Made by a program: the position numbers and the translations under genes | Shown: positions 1 to 8,811 of the stretch, piece by piece | Layout of the letters: every line of letters starts with the position of its first letter | Position numbering within the stretch: position 1 is the stretch's first letter | Source of the DNA: Dehalococcoidia bacterium | Lineage (GTDB): Bacteria > Chloroflexota > Dehalococcoidia > Lucifugimonadales > UBA3495 | Assembly: GCA_965205495.1 (NCBI GenBank) | Contig: CBDBHA010000001.1 | Coordinates: forward strand, 264,091-328,090 | DNA length: 64,000 nt | Direction: 5' to 3' | The notes under the pieces: generated by a model | What the model was told of the DNA's origin: nothing | Database searches by the model: none | The model's input: the letters and a program-made list of their open reading frames with translations, nothing else

Positions 1-2229
1 GAGGGAGCCTCAGCGGACATCCCCGGCGAAGGCCTGCTGGACAACGCAGCCAGCATCGAAGCCGTCCGCCGCGACCGCAGCAGGTTCGATGCCGCCGTCC
101 GCGACCTGCCGGAAAGGCAAGGCGAACTCCGGGGGCTGGAAGCCGACTTCGCCAGGAACCTGGGAGACTTGGGCCACCAGTGGGGAGAGGATGAACTGCA
201 AGCCTTCGACACCTCCCTGGTGGTCAGGAATCGGGTGGACGGGTGGAAGGAGCGGATAACCGAAACTGGCGAACACGCCCAACAGGCGCAGTTTCGACTG
301 ACCCAGGAACGGCGGACGCTGCAAGACCACCAGGCGGAAACGCAGGAAGAACGGGACAAGCTGCCGCCGGAATCGCCGCCGCTGGACTCCGCCGGGCTGA
401 CGGAACGGCAGGACACGCTTCGCGCGGCCCGGGGGCGACTGGGCGAGTATGAGCGGCAACGCCAGCACTACGATAGTCTGATAGGTCAACTTAAAGCCCT
501 TACTGCCGCCCAAGAAACGCAGGAAAGGGGTTCGGGCCGCATCAGCCTTCTGCCAATCATTGTGCTGATCGTGGCCGGGGCTGTCCTGTCGGTGGGAGGA
601 ATCCTGCTCGGTGGCGACGCACTGCTTCTGGGTGTTTTTTGCGGGTTGGTTTTGGTGGGCGCAGCCGCAATGCTTTGGTTTTTGGGAAGGCCAACACCGT
701 CTGCCGTGCCGTCGCCAATGGCGACCACACTTGCCCAGCAGGTTGCCGACTTGAAAAGGGACACGCAAACAGCCCGCCAATCGCTGCTGGACTCGGCGGC
801 GGGCCTGGGGCTGGAAGGCCAACCCGACGCCGCGGCGCTGGACTCGTCGGAAGCGCGTCTGGAAGCAGCCCGCAACGCGCTGGAGGCTTGGGACACAGCC
901 AACGCAAGGATTGCAGAAGCGTCCCGTCGGGAGAAAGTCCAGCAACAACGTGTGGAGTCGGCGGAACGGGAGCACGAAGCCGCCGCAGCGGCATCGCAGG
1001 AAGGGCAAGAGGAATGGCGGAAGTGGCTCCTGGAAAGAGGGCTGGACGAGACGCTGACGCCCGATGGGATGACCACGTTTATCGCCCGGGTAGAAACGGC
1101 GCGGAGTTCGCTTTCGGAAGCCCGCCGGATGCGCGAGCGGGTAGCGGCCATCGAATACGACATTCAGGAGTTCCGCGAGCGGGTGGAGCCGCTGGCCGTC
1201 CAGCACAATCTACCGCTGAACCCCGAAGACCGGAGGCAACTGGCGCAGGCGGCCGACGAATTCATCCGGCGGCTGGAAGAGACCCAAACGGCCTTCTCGG
1301 ACCGGGAGCGGGCCGCAGAGCAGGCGAATGAAAACCGGCAAGTCCTGGAGGGCAGGGAGCGCCGGTTGAAGTCGGCGGAGGAGGAAATGGCCGCGCTCTT
1401 GGCCGCTGGTGGCGCGGAAGACGCCGAGGACTTTCGCCGCCGGGCCCGGCAGCACGAGGAACGGCTGGGGTTGGAACGGCGGCGCGACGAGCACCGGCGC
1501 AACCTGGAAAGGTTCAGCGGGCCCGGCGAGCGGTTCGACTCCTTCCGCGAGGCGCTGGCGAAGGCCGACGCCAACCGTCTGGGCGACGAGTCCGCCCGGG
1601 TGTTGGAGCTTCACGCTGAAGTGGACGCCAAGCGCAATGCCCTGCGGGAAGAACGAGGCGGTATAGACACCGAGTTGGCGCAACTCACCGGCGAAGAGGA
1701 ATCGTCGGCCCTCCGCATACGGGGCAGCACGTATGAGGAGCAACTGCGGGAGCACGCCCGCGAGTGGTCCCGGCTCACCATCGCCGAAGCGCTGCTGGAT
1801 AAGACGAGGCAGAAGTTTGAGCAGGAACGCCAACCCAGCGTCATCCGATATGCCCAAGACTTCTTCTCCGGTGTCACCGGCCAGCGATACCAGCGGCTAT
1901 ACGCACCCATAGGGGAACAGACGATAACGGTTACCGACGCGACCGGAGGCAGCAAACAGCCCGCCGAACTGAGCCGGGGCACCCGCGAGCAGCTTTACCT
2001 GGCCCTGCGATTCGGCCTCATCCGGGAGTTCGGGGAACATGCGGAGAGGCTCCCGGTGGTGGTTGACGAGGCGTTGGTGAACTTCGACCCGGAGCGGGCC
2101 CGTCTGGCCGCCGAGTCCTTCGCGCAACTGGCCGAGACCAATCAGGTCCTCGTTTTCACCTGCCACCCCGCCACCGCGGATATGTTCGCCGAGGCCGCTA
2201 ACGCACAGGTGGTTGACCTCAGCCGATAG
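1..2229 (+). CDS. SMC/Rad50-like AAA ATPase with a central transmembrane hairpin (YhaN-like); 5' end lies outside the window
   Basis: Frame 1 is open from nt 1 with no stop before the listed ORF 169..2229. Long E/R/A/L-rich coiled coil. Two hydrophobic helices (LLPIIVLIVAGAVLSVGGILLGG, VFCGLVLVGAAAMLWFLG). C-terminal ABC-type signature and Walker B (LSRGTREQLYLALRFGL ... RLPVVVDEALVNFD). Confidence 0.7.
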   Translation, partial: EGASADIPGEGLLDNAASIEAVRRDRSRFDAAVRDLPERQGELRGLEADFARNLGDLGHQWGEDELQAFDTSLVVRNRVDGWKERITETGEHAQQAQFRLTQERRTLQDHQAETQEERDKLPPESPPLDSAGLTERQDTLRAARGRLGEYERQRQHYDSLIGQLKALTAAQETQERGSGRISLLPIIVLIVAGAVLSVGGILLGGDALLLGVFCGLVLVGAAAMLWFLGRPTPSAVPSPMATTLAQQVADLKRDTQTARQSLLDSAAGLGLEGQPDAAALDSSEARLEAARNALEAWDTANARIAEASRREKVQQQRVESAEREHEAAAAASQEGQEEWRKWLLERGLDETLTPDGMTTFIARVETARSSLSEARRMRERVAAIEYDIQEFRERVEPLAVQHNLPLNPEDRRQLAQAADEFIRRLEETQTAFSDRERAAEQANENRQVLEGRERRLKSAEEEMAALLAAGGAEDAEDFRRRARQHEERLGLERRRDEHRRNLERFSGPGERFDSFREALAKADANRLGDESARVLELHAEVDAKRNALREERGGIDTELAQLTGEEESSALRIRGSTYEEQLREHAREWSRLTIAEALLDKTRQKFEQERQPSVIRYAQDFFSGVTGQRYQRLYAPIGEQTITVTDATGGSKQPAELSRGTREQLYLALRFGLIREFGEHAERLPVVVDEALVNFDPERARLAAESFAQLAETNQVLVFTCHPATADMFAEAANAQVVDLSR

Positions 2230-2242
2230 GAAGTCGCGGCCA

Positions 2243-2401
2243 GTTTAGGAACTATCTTAAAACCCGCCGGTATAATCCCGTCATTCCCGAGAAAGCGGGA
2301 ATCCAGAGAAGTCCATGGGCGAAACGTAACTTCGCCTGGGTGTCGGCTCTGGCCTGCGCCATGATTGTGTTACCGCGCTCGTTTTGAGACAGTTACTAAA
2401 C
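2243..2401. mobile_element. MITE, family B (IS5-end derived), about 159 bp
   Basis: Terminal inverted repeats gtttaggaactatcttaaaac (2243-2263) and gttttgagacagttactaaac (2381-2401). They resemble the right end of the IS5-like remnant at 28274-28292. Carries an internal hairpin module gtcattcccgaGAAAgcgggaatcc. Confidence 0.6.
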
Positions 2402-2503
2402 AGTTTTCAACCCGCCGTTGGTGGGCATCGGCAGCCTGTGGGGGTTGGGGACATAAGCCGGTAATGACGGATTTGGGAACGCCCTGGCAACGCCGGGGCG
2501 CTT

Positions 2504-3220
2504 TTATTTGGCGAGGGCGATGGCCTGGGGGAGGTTTACGTCGCCGGTGTAGAGGGAACGGCCTAGTATGGCGGCTTCTACGCCGGTCTCTTTGAGCTGA
2601 GTTAGGTGGTCGATGGAGGCGATGCCGCCAGAAGCCTGCACGGCCAAGCCGGTTTCCTGGACCAATGCCTGGTTGGCGGCGAGGTTGGGGCCGGTAAGGG
2701 CGCCGTCGCGGGAGATGTCGGTGTAGAGGAGGCGGGGTACTCCCAGGGCAGCCATGTCTTGGGCGAGGCCGCGGACGCTGACTTCGGTGGTTTCGGTCCA
2801 GCCCTTTACGGCGACCCAGCCGTTCCGGGCGTCGAGGGCGACGACCACCCGTTGGCTGCCCTGCTGTTGGCAGAGGTCCCGCACCAAGTCCGGGTTTTGG
2901 ATTGCGGCGGTGCCGATAACGACGCGGTCGACGCCGGAGTTGAGGAGGCTGAGGGCGGTGGCTGAGTCGCGGATGCCGCCGCCAACCTGGACGGGGATAG
3001 CCAGTTGGGAAACGATGGCGGAGATGATGGCGCGGTTGGCGGGGTTGCCCTGGGCAGCGCCGTCCAGGTCTACCAGGTGCAAACGGGGCGCGCCCTGGTC
3101 CTGCCAGGTCTGGGCGACGGCAAGGGGGTCCTGGGAGTAGACGGTCTCCTGGTGGTAATCACCCTGGAAGAGGCGGACGCAGCGGCCTTCTCTAAGGTCA
3201 ATTGATGGGATGACCTCCAC
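2504..3220 (-). CDS. hisA: ProFAR isomerase HisA
   Basis: 238 aa. Typical HisA sequence: IPSIDLREGRCVRL, VGGGIR, GWTE, ASGGI. Sits directly downstream of hisH with a 9-nt gap. GTG start. Confidence 0.9.
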   Translation of the reverse strand: MEVIPSIDLREGRCVRLFQGDYHQETVYSQDPLAVAQTWQDQGAPRLHLVDLDGAAQGNPANRAIISAIVSQLAIPVQVGGGIRDSATALSLLNSGVDRVVIGTAAIQNPDLVRDLCQQQGSQRVVVALDARNGWVAVKGWTETTEVSVRGLAQDMAALGVPRLLYTDISRDGALTGPNLAANQALVQETGLAVQASGGIASIDHLTQLKETGVEAAILGRSLYTGDVNLPQAIALAK

Positions 3221-3229
3221 GAGGGCGGG

Positions 3230-3880
3230 TTACTCGGCGGCGGGGGCGGGTTGGGACTTGTGGCGGGCGGCCAGAGCAGCGAAGTTGCGGTAGATTAGGA
3301 GGCCGATGGAGCCGCTCTTTTCCGGATGGAACTGGGTGGCGGCCATATTGCCGTGGGCGTAGATGCTGCAAAAGGGCACGTTGTATTCGGTGACTCCGGC
3401 GACGGCAGAGGTGTCGTCGGGAGCGGCGAAATAGCTGTGGACGAAGTAGAAGTGGCTGTCCTGGGGGATGCCCTTAAGGATGGGGTGCGGCTGTTGGAGG
3501 GAAACGGTGTTCCAGCCCATGTGGGGGACTTTGAGGCCGGGGGGAAGCTTTTTCACGGTTCCCGGGATGATCCCCAGACAGGGTGCGTCGCCCTCTTCGG
3601 TGTGGTCCAAGAGGAGTTGGAGTCCGAGGCAGACGCCGAGAAAAGGTCTGCCGGAGGCGACGTATTCGCGGAGGGGACCGGCGAAGCCGCGGGAGTTGAG
3701 GGCGTCCATGGCAGCGGGGCCGGAACCGACCCCGGGAAGGATAACGGCGTCGGCGTCGCGGAGCAGGTCCGGGTCGCCGGTGATAATGGGATTGACGCCG
3801 GTGGTTTCCAGGGCCTTGGACACGCTGCGGAGGTTGCCCGACTCATAGTCGACGACAACGATTTTCAAGGAGCCGTTCAC
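3230..3880 (-). CDS. hisH: Imidazole glycerol phosphate synthase, glutamine amidotransferase subunit HisH
   Basis: KIVVVDYESGNLRSV ... LPGVG ... GVCLGLQLL ... HSY motifs of a class-I GATase. The listed ORF extends to 3991, but homology begins at LKIVVVDY. I chose GTG at 3880 as the start; TTG at 3868 is the alternative. Confidence 0.85.
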   Translation of the reverse strand: MNGSLKIVVVDYESGNLRSVSKALETTGVNPIITGDPDLLRDADAVILPGVGSGPAAMDALNSRGFAGPLREYVASGRPFLGVCLGLQLLLDHTEEGDAPCLGIIPGTVKKLPPGLKVPHMGWNTVSLQQPHPILKGIPQDSHFYFVHSYFAAPDDTSAVAGVTEYNVPFCSIYAHGNMAATQFHPEKSGSIGLLIYRNFAALAARHKSQPAPAAE

Positions 3881-3914
3881 GGCTGGCTGGGCGGGAGTCC
3901 GGTGCCGTTCAACG

Positions 3915-4499
3915 CTAGCTGCGGTCGCCGGTGGCGCGCTCGATGGGGAGTTCCCGGTCTTCGTAGCGGGCCAGGACGAAAAGCAGGTCACCGAGGCGGT
4001 TTAGGTAGGTGAGGATCAGGTCGTTGGTCAACCCGCCGCCCTCGGCCAAGGCCACCACGCGCCGCTCGGAGGTTCGGATGATGGTGCGGGCCATGTCGAT
4101 GGCGGAAGACGCGGGGGAACCGCCGGGGAGGACGAAGACGTTGGGCATCTCGAACTCTTCTTCCAGAGAGTCGATGATGGTTTCCTGGTTATCGACCATC
4201 GCCTGGGTTACCGGAGCGAAGTGCTGTTGGAAAAGCTCGTACTTATCGGGTTCGGTGGCAAGCTCGGCGGCGATGGTAAAAAGCTCGCGTTGGAGGTCGC
4301 GGAGGATGTCCTTGACCTTTTGGTCCTTGGAGAGGGAGCGGGCCAAACCCATAGCGGAAACGGCTTCGTCGGTGATGCCGTAGGCTTCGGTGTGGGGGCC
4401 GTTCTTGGAGACCCGGCCGCCGTAGAGCAGGCTGGTTTCGCCCTTGTCGCCGAACTTGGTGTATACCCTTTTGCGGTAGGAAGATGATGAAGAGGTCAA
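3915..4499 (-). CDS. PduO-type ATP:cob(I)alamin adenosyltransferase
   Basis: VYTKFGDKGETSLLYGGRVSK ... LQRELF ... FVLPGGS ... RTIIRTSERR are family hallmarks. TTG start at 4499 lies 8 nt after a GAGG. The longer listed ORF runs into the tandem repeat. Confidence 0.8.
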   Translation of the reverse strand: MTSSSSSYRKRVYTKFGDKGETSLLYGGRVSKNGPHTEAYGITDEAVSAMGLARSLSKDQKVKDILRDLQRELFTIAAELATEPDKYELFQQHFAPVTQAMVDNQETIIDSLEEEFEMPNVFVLPGGSPASSAIDMARTIIRTSERRVVALAEGGGLTNDLILTYLNRLGDLLFVLARYEDRELPIERATGDRS

Positions 4500-4546
4500 G
4501 GCTGCCACCTCGTTAAAACGTGATACCGGCCTGGGTGGTCCGACAA

Positions 4547-4655
4547 GCTCACCACGAACGGTGTAATTGCCGGGAAGCTCACCACGAACGGTGTAATTGC
4601 CGGGAAGCGGTGTAATTGCCGGGAAGCTCACCACGAACGGCGTGGTTGCCGGGAA
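4547..4655. repeat. Tandem array of about 3.6 copies of a 30-nt unit, gctcaccacgaacggtgtaattgccgggaa
   Basis: Units at 4547-4576 and 4577-4606 are identical. A partial unit follows at 4607-4625 and a diverged unit at 4626-4655. The array ends 47 nt upstream of the adenosyltransferase start on the minus strand. Confidence 0.9.
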
Positions 4656-4744
4656 GTGGTCTGGGGCCGGATGGGAGCCGCCGCCGTGGGAAGAGCAATT
4701 GTAGCATAGGGCCGGGGGGGAGGCTATACTGGCGAAAATTGGGG

Positions 4745-4890
4745 CAGGGACTTTTCATTTTCGTTGTGGGGAGATTGCGACGACGAATCCGGGAGCAAAC
4801 CGGGTGGCGGCGGTGGATTTTAGATTCCTCCCTGCGGTCGGAATGACAGGTGGGGGGTCGGAATGACACAGGTGGAGGGGCAGAATGACA
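4745..4890 (+). repeat. Intergenic repeat of about 115 nt ('R115' family) plus extra GGAATGACA units
   Basis: cagggacttttcattttcgttgtggggagattgcgacgacgaatccgggagcaaaccgg..ggattttagattcctccctgcggtcggaatgacagg. Near-identical copies occur at 6932, 53777 and 55347, and in reverse at 57745. Confidence 0.85.
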
Positions 4891-4962
4891 TTGAGCAGGG
4901 AGCTTGAAGCGTTAGTTGGGGAGAATGAAAAGGTTCTGAAAAAGGGAACGAGGTAAAAGAAA

Positions 4963-5721
4963 ATGCCCTCCGAGATACGCGCTATAGGAATTGAAGGCAT
5001 CCCGGAAGTCAAGGATGGGGATGACGTTGCGGCCCAGATAATGGAGGCTGCCGAGGCGCAGGGAACCGTTTTGGAGGACGGGGACATATTGGTGGTGACT
5101 CAGAAAATAGTCTCCAAAGCGGAGGGGCGGGTGGTGAGTATCGACAGCGTGGAGGCGTCGCCGTTGGCGGAGTCGATTTCGGAAGGCCACCGGCGGGACC
5201 CACGGCATACGGAATTGGTGCTGCGGGAGAGTAAGCGGATTGTGCGAATGGACCGGGGAGTGATAATCAGCGAGACTCATCACGGGTTCAACTGCGCCAA
5301 CGCGGGTATTGACGCTTCCAATATACCCGGGGAAGGGACGGTGGCGTTATTGCCAGTGGACCCGGACGCATCGGCCAGGGGGATACGGGGGGCGATAAAA
5401 AGGGCGTTGAACGTTACGGTGGCGGTGATAATTTCGGACACCTTTGGGAGGCCGTGGCGGAACGGGGCTACCGACGTGGCGATTGGGGTGGCGGGAATTG
5501 AACCGATGTTGAGCTACGTGGGGCAGGAAGACAGCTACGGCAACATGATGCACACCACGGTTATTTGCGTGGCGGATGAGCTGGCGGCGGTAGCGGAACT
5601 GGCGGGAGGAAAGGTGGCGGGAGTGCCGGTGGTGGTCGTCAAGGGGTATGCCTTTGAGGAAAGCGACGACGCCGACCATTGGCCGTTGGTGCGGGAGCCG
5701 GACAAGGACTTGTTCCGGTAG
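4963..5721 (+). CDS. cofE: Coenzyme F420:L-glutamate ligase (CofE / FbiB N-domain type)
   Basis: 252 aa. Motifs DGDILVVTQKIVSKAEGR, GFNCANAGID, ISDTFGRPWRNG are typical of CofE. Confidence 0.85.
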   Translation: MPSEIRAIGIEGIPEVKDGDDVAAQIMEAAEAQGTVLEDGDILVVTQKIVSKAEGRVVSIDSVEASPLAESISEGHRRDPRHTELVLRESKRIVRMDRGVIISETHHGFNCANAGIDASNIPGEGTVALLPVDPDASARGIRGAIKRALNVTVAVIISDTFGRPWRNGATDVAIGVAGIEPMLSYVGQEDSYGNMMHTTVICVADELAAVAELAGGKVAGVPVVVVKGYAFEESDDADHWPLVREPDKDLFR

Positions 5722-5730
5722 CGGGCGGGG

Positions 5731-6813
5731 TTAGAAGCCTGGGAAGGGCAGGGTCAACTGCCATTCCTGTTGGAAGGACGATACGCCAACGCCGATAAGA
5801 CGGAAGGCCCGACCGGGGGCCAATTCGCCTTCGGTCAACCGCCAAGCGGTATTGAGGACGGTCTCGCCGGAATCGGTGGGGGCGTTGAGGGTTGCCTGAC
5901 GGGTGAAGGTGGTGAAGTCAGCGAGGCGGAGCTTGACGGAGACGGTCTTGCCGCGCAGGCCCTTGTTTTCCAGGCTTTGGGCGACCCGGTGAGAGAGGCG
6001 GGACAAGACCTGGTAAAGCTCTTCCGAGTCGCTGAGATCGGTGGCGAAGGTGGTTTCAGCACTAACGGACTTGGTATCACGTTGGGTATGGACCGGGTCC
6101 CGTTCCTCGCCCCGGGCCATGGCCCGGACGCCGGGGGCGCGTTTGCCAAAGAGGGCGATGAGGCGGTCGATGGGCAGGGCGGCGAGTTGGGCGACGGTGT
6201 GAATATTTTCGTGGTTAAGGCGTTCCACCGCCTTGGGGCCGATGCCGGGGAGTTTACCGGCGGGTAAGGGGGCCAAGAAGGCGGCTTCTTCTCCGGGGGG
6301 CACCACCACGAGGCCGTTGGGTTTGCGGAGGTCGGAGGCGATTTTGGACACCGTCTTGCAGACGGAAGCGCCGATGGAGATGTCGAGGCCGGCCTGGGAT
6401 TTGACCTGGTCTTTCAGGCGGGCGGCGATGGTGTGGGGGTCGAGGCCACCGGCGGCGACGGGGGAAACGTCGAGGAAGGCTTCGTCGAGGGACAGGGGTT
6501 CGACGTCGGGGGTCAAATCCCGGAAGATGTCCATGATTTGTTGGGAGAGGCCGCGGTAGCGGTCGAAGCGGGGGCGGACGATGATGGCCTGGGGGCAGAG
6601 GCGGACGGCGGTGGCCATGGGCATGGCGGAGTGGGCGCCGAACTTGCGGGCTTCGTAGGAGGCGGTGGCGACGACGCCTCGGGACTGGGGGCTGCCGCCG
6701 ACAAGGACCGGTTTGCCCCGGTATTGGGGGTTGTCCATCTGCTCGACGGCGGCGTAAAAGGCGTCGAGGTCGGCGTGGAGGATGCAGCGTAATTCCGGCT
6801 GGCAGGTGGTCAT
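5731..6813 (-). CDS. dinB: DNA polymerase IV (Y-family)
   Basis: 360 aa. ILHADLDAFYAAVE, PVLVGG, SLDEAFLDV and GIGP helix-hairpin-helix motifs. Confidence 0.9.
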   Translation of the reverse strand: MTTCQPELRCILHADLDAFYAAVEQMDNPQYRGKPVLVGGSPQSRGVVATASYEARKFGAHSAMPMATAVRLCPQAIIVRPRFDRYRGLSQQIMDIFRDLTPDVEPLSLDEAFLDVSPVAAGGLDPHTIAARLKDQVKSQAGLDISIGASVCKTVSKIASDLRKPNGLVVVPPGEEAAFLAPLPAGKLPGIGPKAVERLNHENIHTVAQLAALPIDRLIALFGKRAPGVRAMARGEERDPVHTQRDTKSVSAETTFATDLSDSEELYQVLSRLSHRVAQSLENKGLRGKTVSVKLRLADFTTFTRQATLNAPTDSGETVLNTAWRLTEGELAPGRAFRLIGVGVSSFQQEWQLTLPFPGF

Positions 6814-6931
6814 AGTTTTTGGCGGGGCGATGGGATGGTTGGGGCAATTTTACAACCGTGGGGACGGGAGCGCATCGGGCAAGTTTTAGTAAACAGGGTT
6901 CGTGTTGTGGCCGGGTTGGGTGGGGTGCAGA

Positions 6932-7265
6932 CATGGGGGTTTTGAATTGTCGTTGTGGGGAGTTTGGGACGACGAATCCGGGGGCAAACCGGCTGGCGGC
7001 GATGGATGTTAGATTCCTCCCTGCGGTCGGAATGACAGGTAGGGGTGGCCGGAATGACGCTTTGATGGGTTGAAGGCGAGCTGGGTGGTTAAGTGCGACC
7101 GTCCGTTGGCCCTTCGACGGGCTCAGGGCGAACGGAAGGGGGCCTTGGACGGGCCTGAGTGCGATCCTTCGATGGGCTCAGGATGAGCGGACTGGAGGGT
7201 TGGGGGTGGTTCGATGGGTTCACCACGACCCTTCGATAGGTTCAGGGTGAACGGAAGGGGGCGGC
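6932..7265. repeat. R115 repeat copy followed by three or four units of a second repeat (cccttcgacgggctcagggcgaacgg type)
   Basis: 6932-7060 aligns with 4745-4860. 7085-7265 contains ccttcgacgggctcagggcgaacgg, ccttcgatgggctcaggatgagcgg and ccttcgataggttcagggtgaacgg. Confidence 0.85.
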
Positions 7266-7341
7266 TACTAAAGGGTTACGCAAATAGGCAAGGGATGGTG
7301 GGAAATTCGGCTACAAAACTGGGCGGGTTAGCCGCAAACCG

Positions 7342-7370
7342 TTGCAAGCGCCGGGAGGAGCCGGTAGACT
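7342..7370 (+). promoter_or_regulatory. Candidate sigma70-type promoter for the MFS gene
   Basis: TTGCAA (7342-7347), 17-nt spacer, TAGACT (7365-7370). Confidence 0.3.
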
Positions 7371-7394
7371 AGCCGGGATAATCCCCCATTCGGG

Positions 7395-8798
7395 TTGGCC
7401 CAGGATTGGGATGCCGTCAACGCGGCATTTTTGTTGGGCATCGACCACCCCGGAAAGGCTACACTCCAGTTGGAACCGGCCTCTGAAGCTCAGGAAGCGC
7501 GCCCTAGAATCTACTACGGCTGGTGGATGGTTGCTATCACGTCTGCGATGGCCTTCTTTGCCAGTGGGATATTCTTCCGGGGATTCACCGTTTTCGTACC
7601 GGCCATTCGCGATTCTCTCCAAATCACCCAAGCGCAGACCAACCTGATATTCTCGCTGGCCCGGGCGGAGGGAGGGTTGGAAGGCCCTTTCGCGGGCTGG
7701 CTTATCGACAAACTCGGCAACCGGAAATTGCTAGTGCCGGCTTTGCTGTTGGCGGTGGTTGGTTACTTTGTGCTGGGGCGGTTCGTGACCGGTCTTTGGG
7801 GATTCGTGCTGGTTTACCTGCTGATGGTTTCCCTGGGGAACAGCATAGCGTTTCAGCACGCGCTGTTTGCCGGGATCAACCAATGGTTCCACCGGCGGCG
7901 GTCGCTGGCGATTTCGATACTGGCGGCGGTGTCCTCGTTGGGTGGGTTGACGCTGGTGCCGACGTTGAACTGGGTCATTGAGAACTACAGTTGGCAGGCG
8001 GCGTCGTACCTTTCCGGACTGGGATTTCTGATATTTCTGCTGCCGCTTTGCATCTGGTTTCGGAACCGGCCGGAGGACCTGGGATTGCTGCCGGACGGAG
8101 ACACGCGGCCCCGGACGATGGTGGCCCCGCCGGGCCGTGCCGGGGGGTCGGTGCGGCGGCTGGAGGTGCGGGACTACACCGTTCGCGAAGCGCTGCGGAC
8201 GAGCGCGTATTGGATTTTGTTGGTGGGGGCCGGGCTCCGGCAGGTGGCGACGCTGGGGATTCTGGTAAGCATCGTGCCGATTCTGGAGTTGAAGGGGATG
8301 GGGCGGCAGGAGGCGGCGAACCTGACCGGGTTGATGTTCGGCATCAACTTCTTCTCCCGGTTGATATTGGGGTACATGGGGGACCGGTGGCGCAAATCGC
8401 TGATTCTGGCGGCGACGCTGAGCATTGAGGCGGCGGGGTTTTTCTGCCTGTATTTCGGAGACTGGACCACCGGGTTGGGGATATTCCTGATTTATATGTT
8501 CATCTTCTTCCAGGGGTTGGGGGACGGGGCGGGGATCATCGTTTGGGCGGCGGTGGGGGAATATTACGGCCGGGACCGGTTCGCCAGTCTGCGGGGGTAC
8601 ATCACTTTTTCGCATAGCTGGGCGTTGGTGGTGTCGCCGGTGTACGCCGGTTGGGTGTTTGACCGGTTTGGGAATTTTGACCTGGCGATAATTCCGGGGG
8701 GAATTTGCGCGGGAGTGGCGGCGTTCCTTTTCCTGATTGTGCGGAAACCGCCGCAGTTGACGCGGGCGGAACCGGCGGGGGCGGCAACGGAGGTTTAG
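7395..8798 (+). CDS. MFS transporter
   Basis: 467 aa with about 12 hydrophobic segments and typical MFS loops (GWLIDKLGNRK, GYMGDRWRK). Start is uncertain: TTG at 7395 versus an internal Met. Confidence 0.75.
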   Translation: MAQDWDAVNAAFLLGIDHPGKATLQLEPASEAQEARPRIYYGWWMVAITSAMAFFASGIFFRGFTVFVPAIRDSLQITQAQTNLIFSLARAEGGLEGPFAGWLIDKLGNRKLLVPALLLAVVGYFVLGRFVTGLWGFVLVYLLMVSLGNSIAFQHALFAGINQWFHRRRSLAISILAAVSSLGGLTLVPTLNWVIENYSWQAASYLSGLGFLIFLLPLCIWFRNRPEDLGLLPDGDTRPRTMVAPPGRAGGSVRRLEVRDYTVREALRTSAYWILLVGAGLRQVATLGILVSIVPILELKGMGRQEAANLTGLMFGINFFSRLILGYMGDRWRKSLILAATLSIEAAGFFCLYFGDWTTGLGIFLIYMFIFFQGLGDGAGIIVWAAVGEYYGRDRFASLRGYITFSHSWALVVSPVYAGWVFDRFGNFDLAIIPGGICAGVAAFLFLIVRKPPQLTRAEPAGAATEV

Positions 8799-8811
8799 CG
8801 GGGGCCTTAGC

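Noticed and set aside
10-1206. Long antisense or off-frame ORFs overlapping confident genes (for example 10..1206-, 6254..6934-, 7731..8813-, 11541..12497-, 13313..14182-, 34312..35217-, 40841..41821-, 43966..42966-type Arg/Pro/Gly-rich translations)
   Set aside because: These are typical high-GC shadow ORFs. Their composition is dominated by R/P/G/H, they have no motifs, and each fully overlaps a gene with clear family signatures on the other strand or frame.
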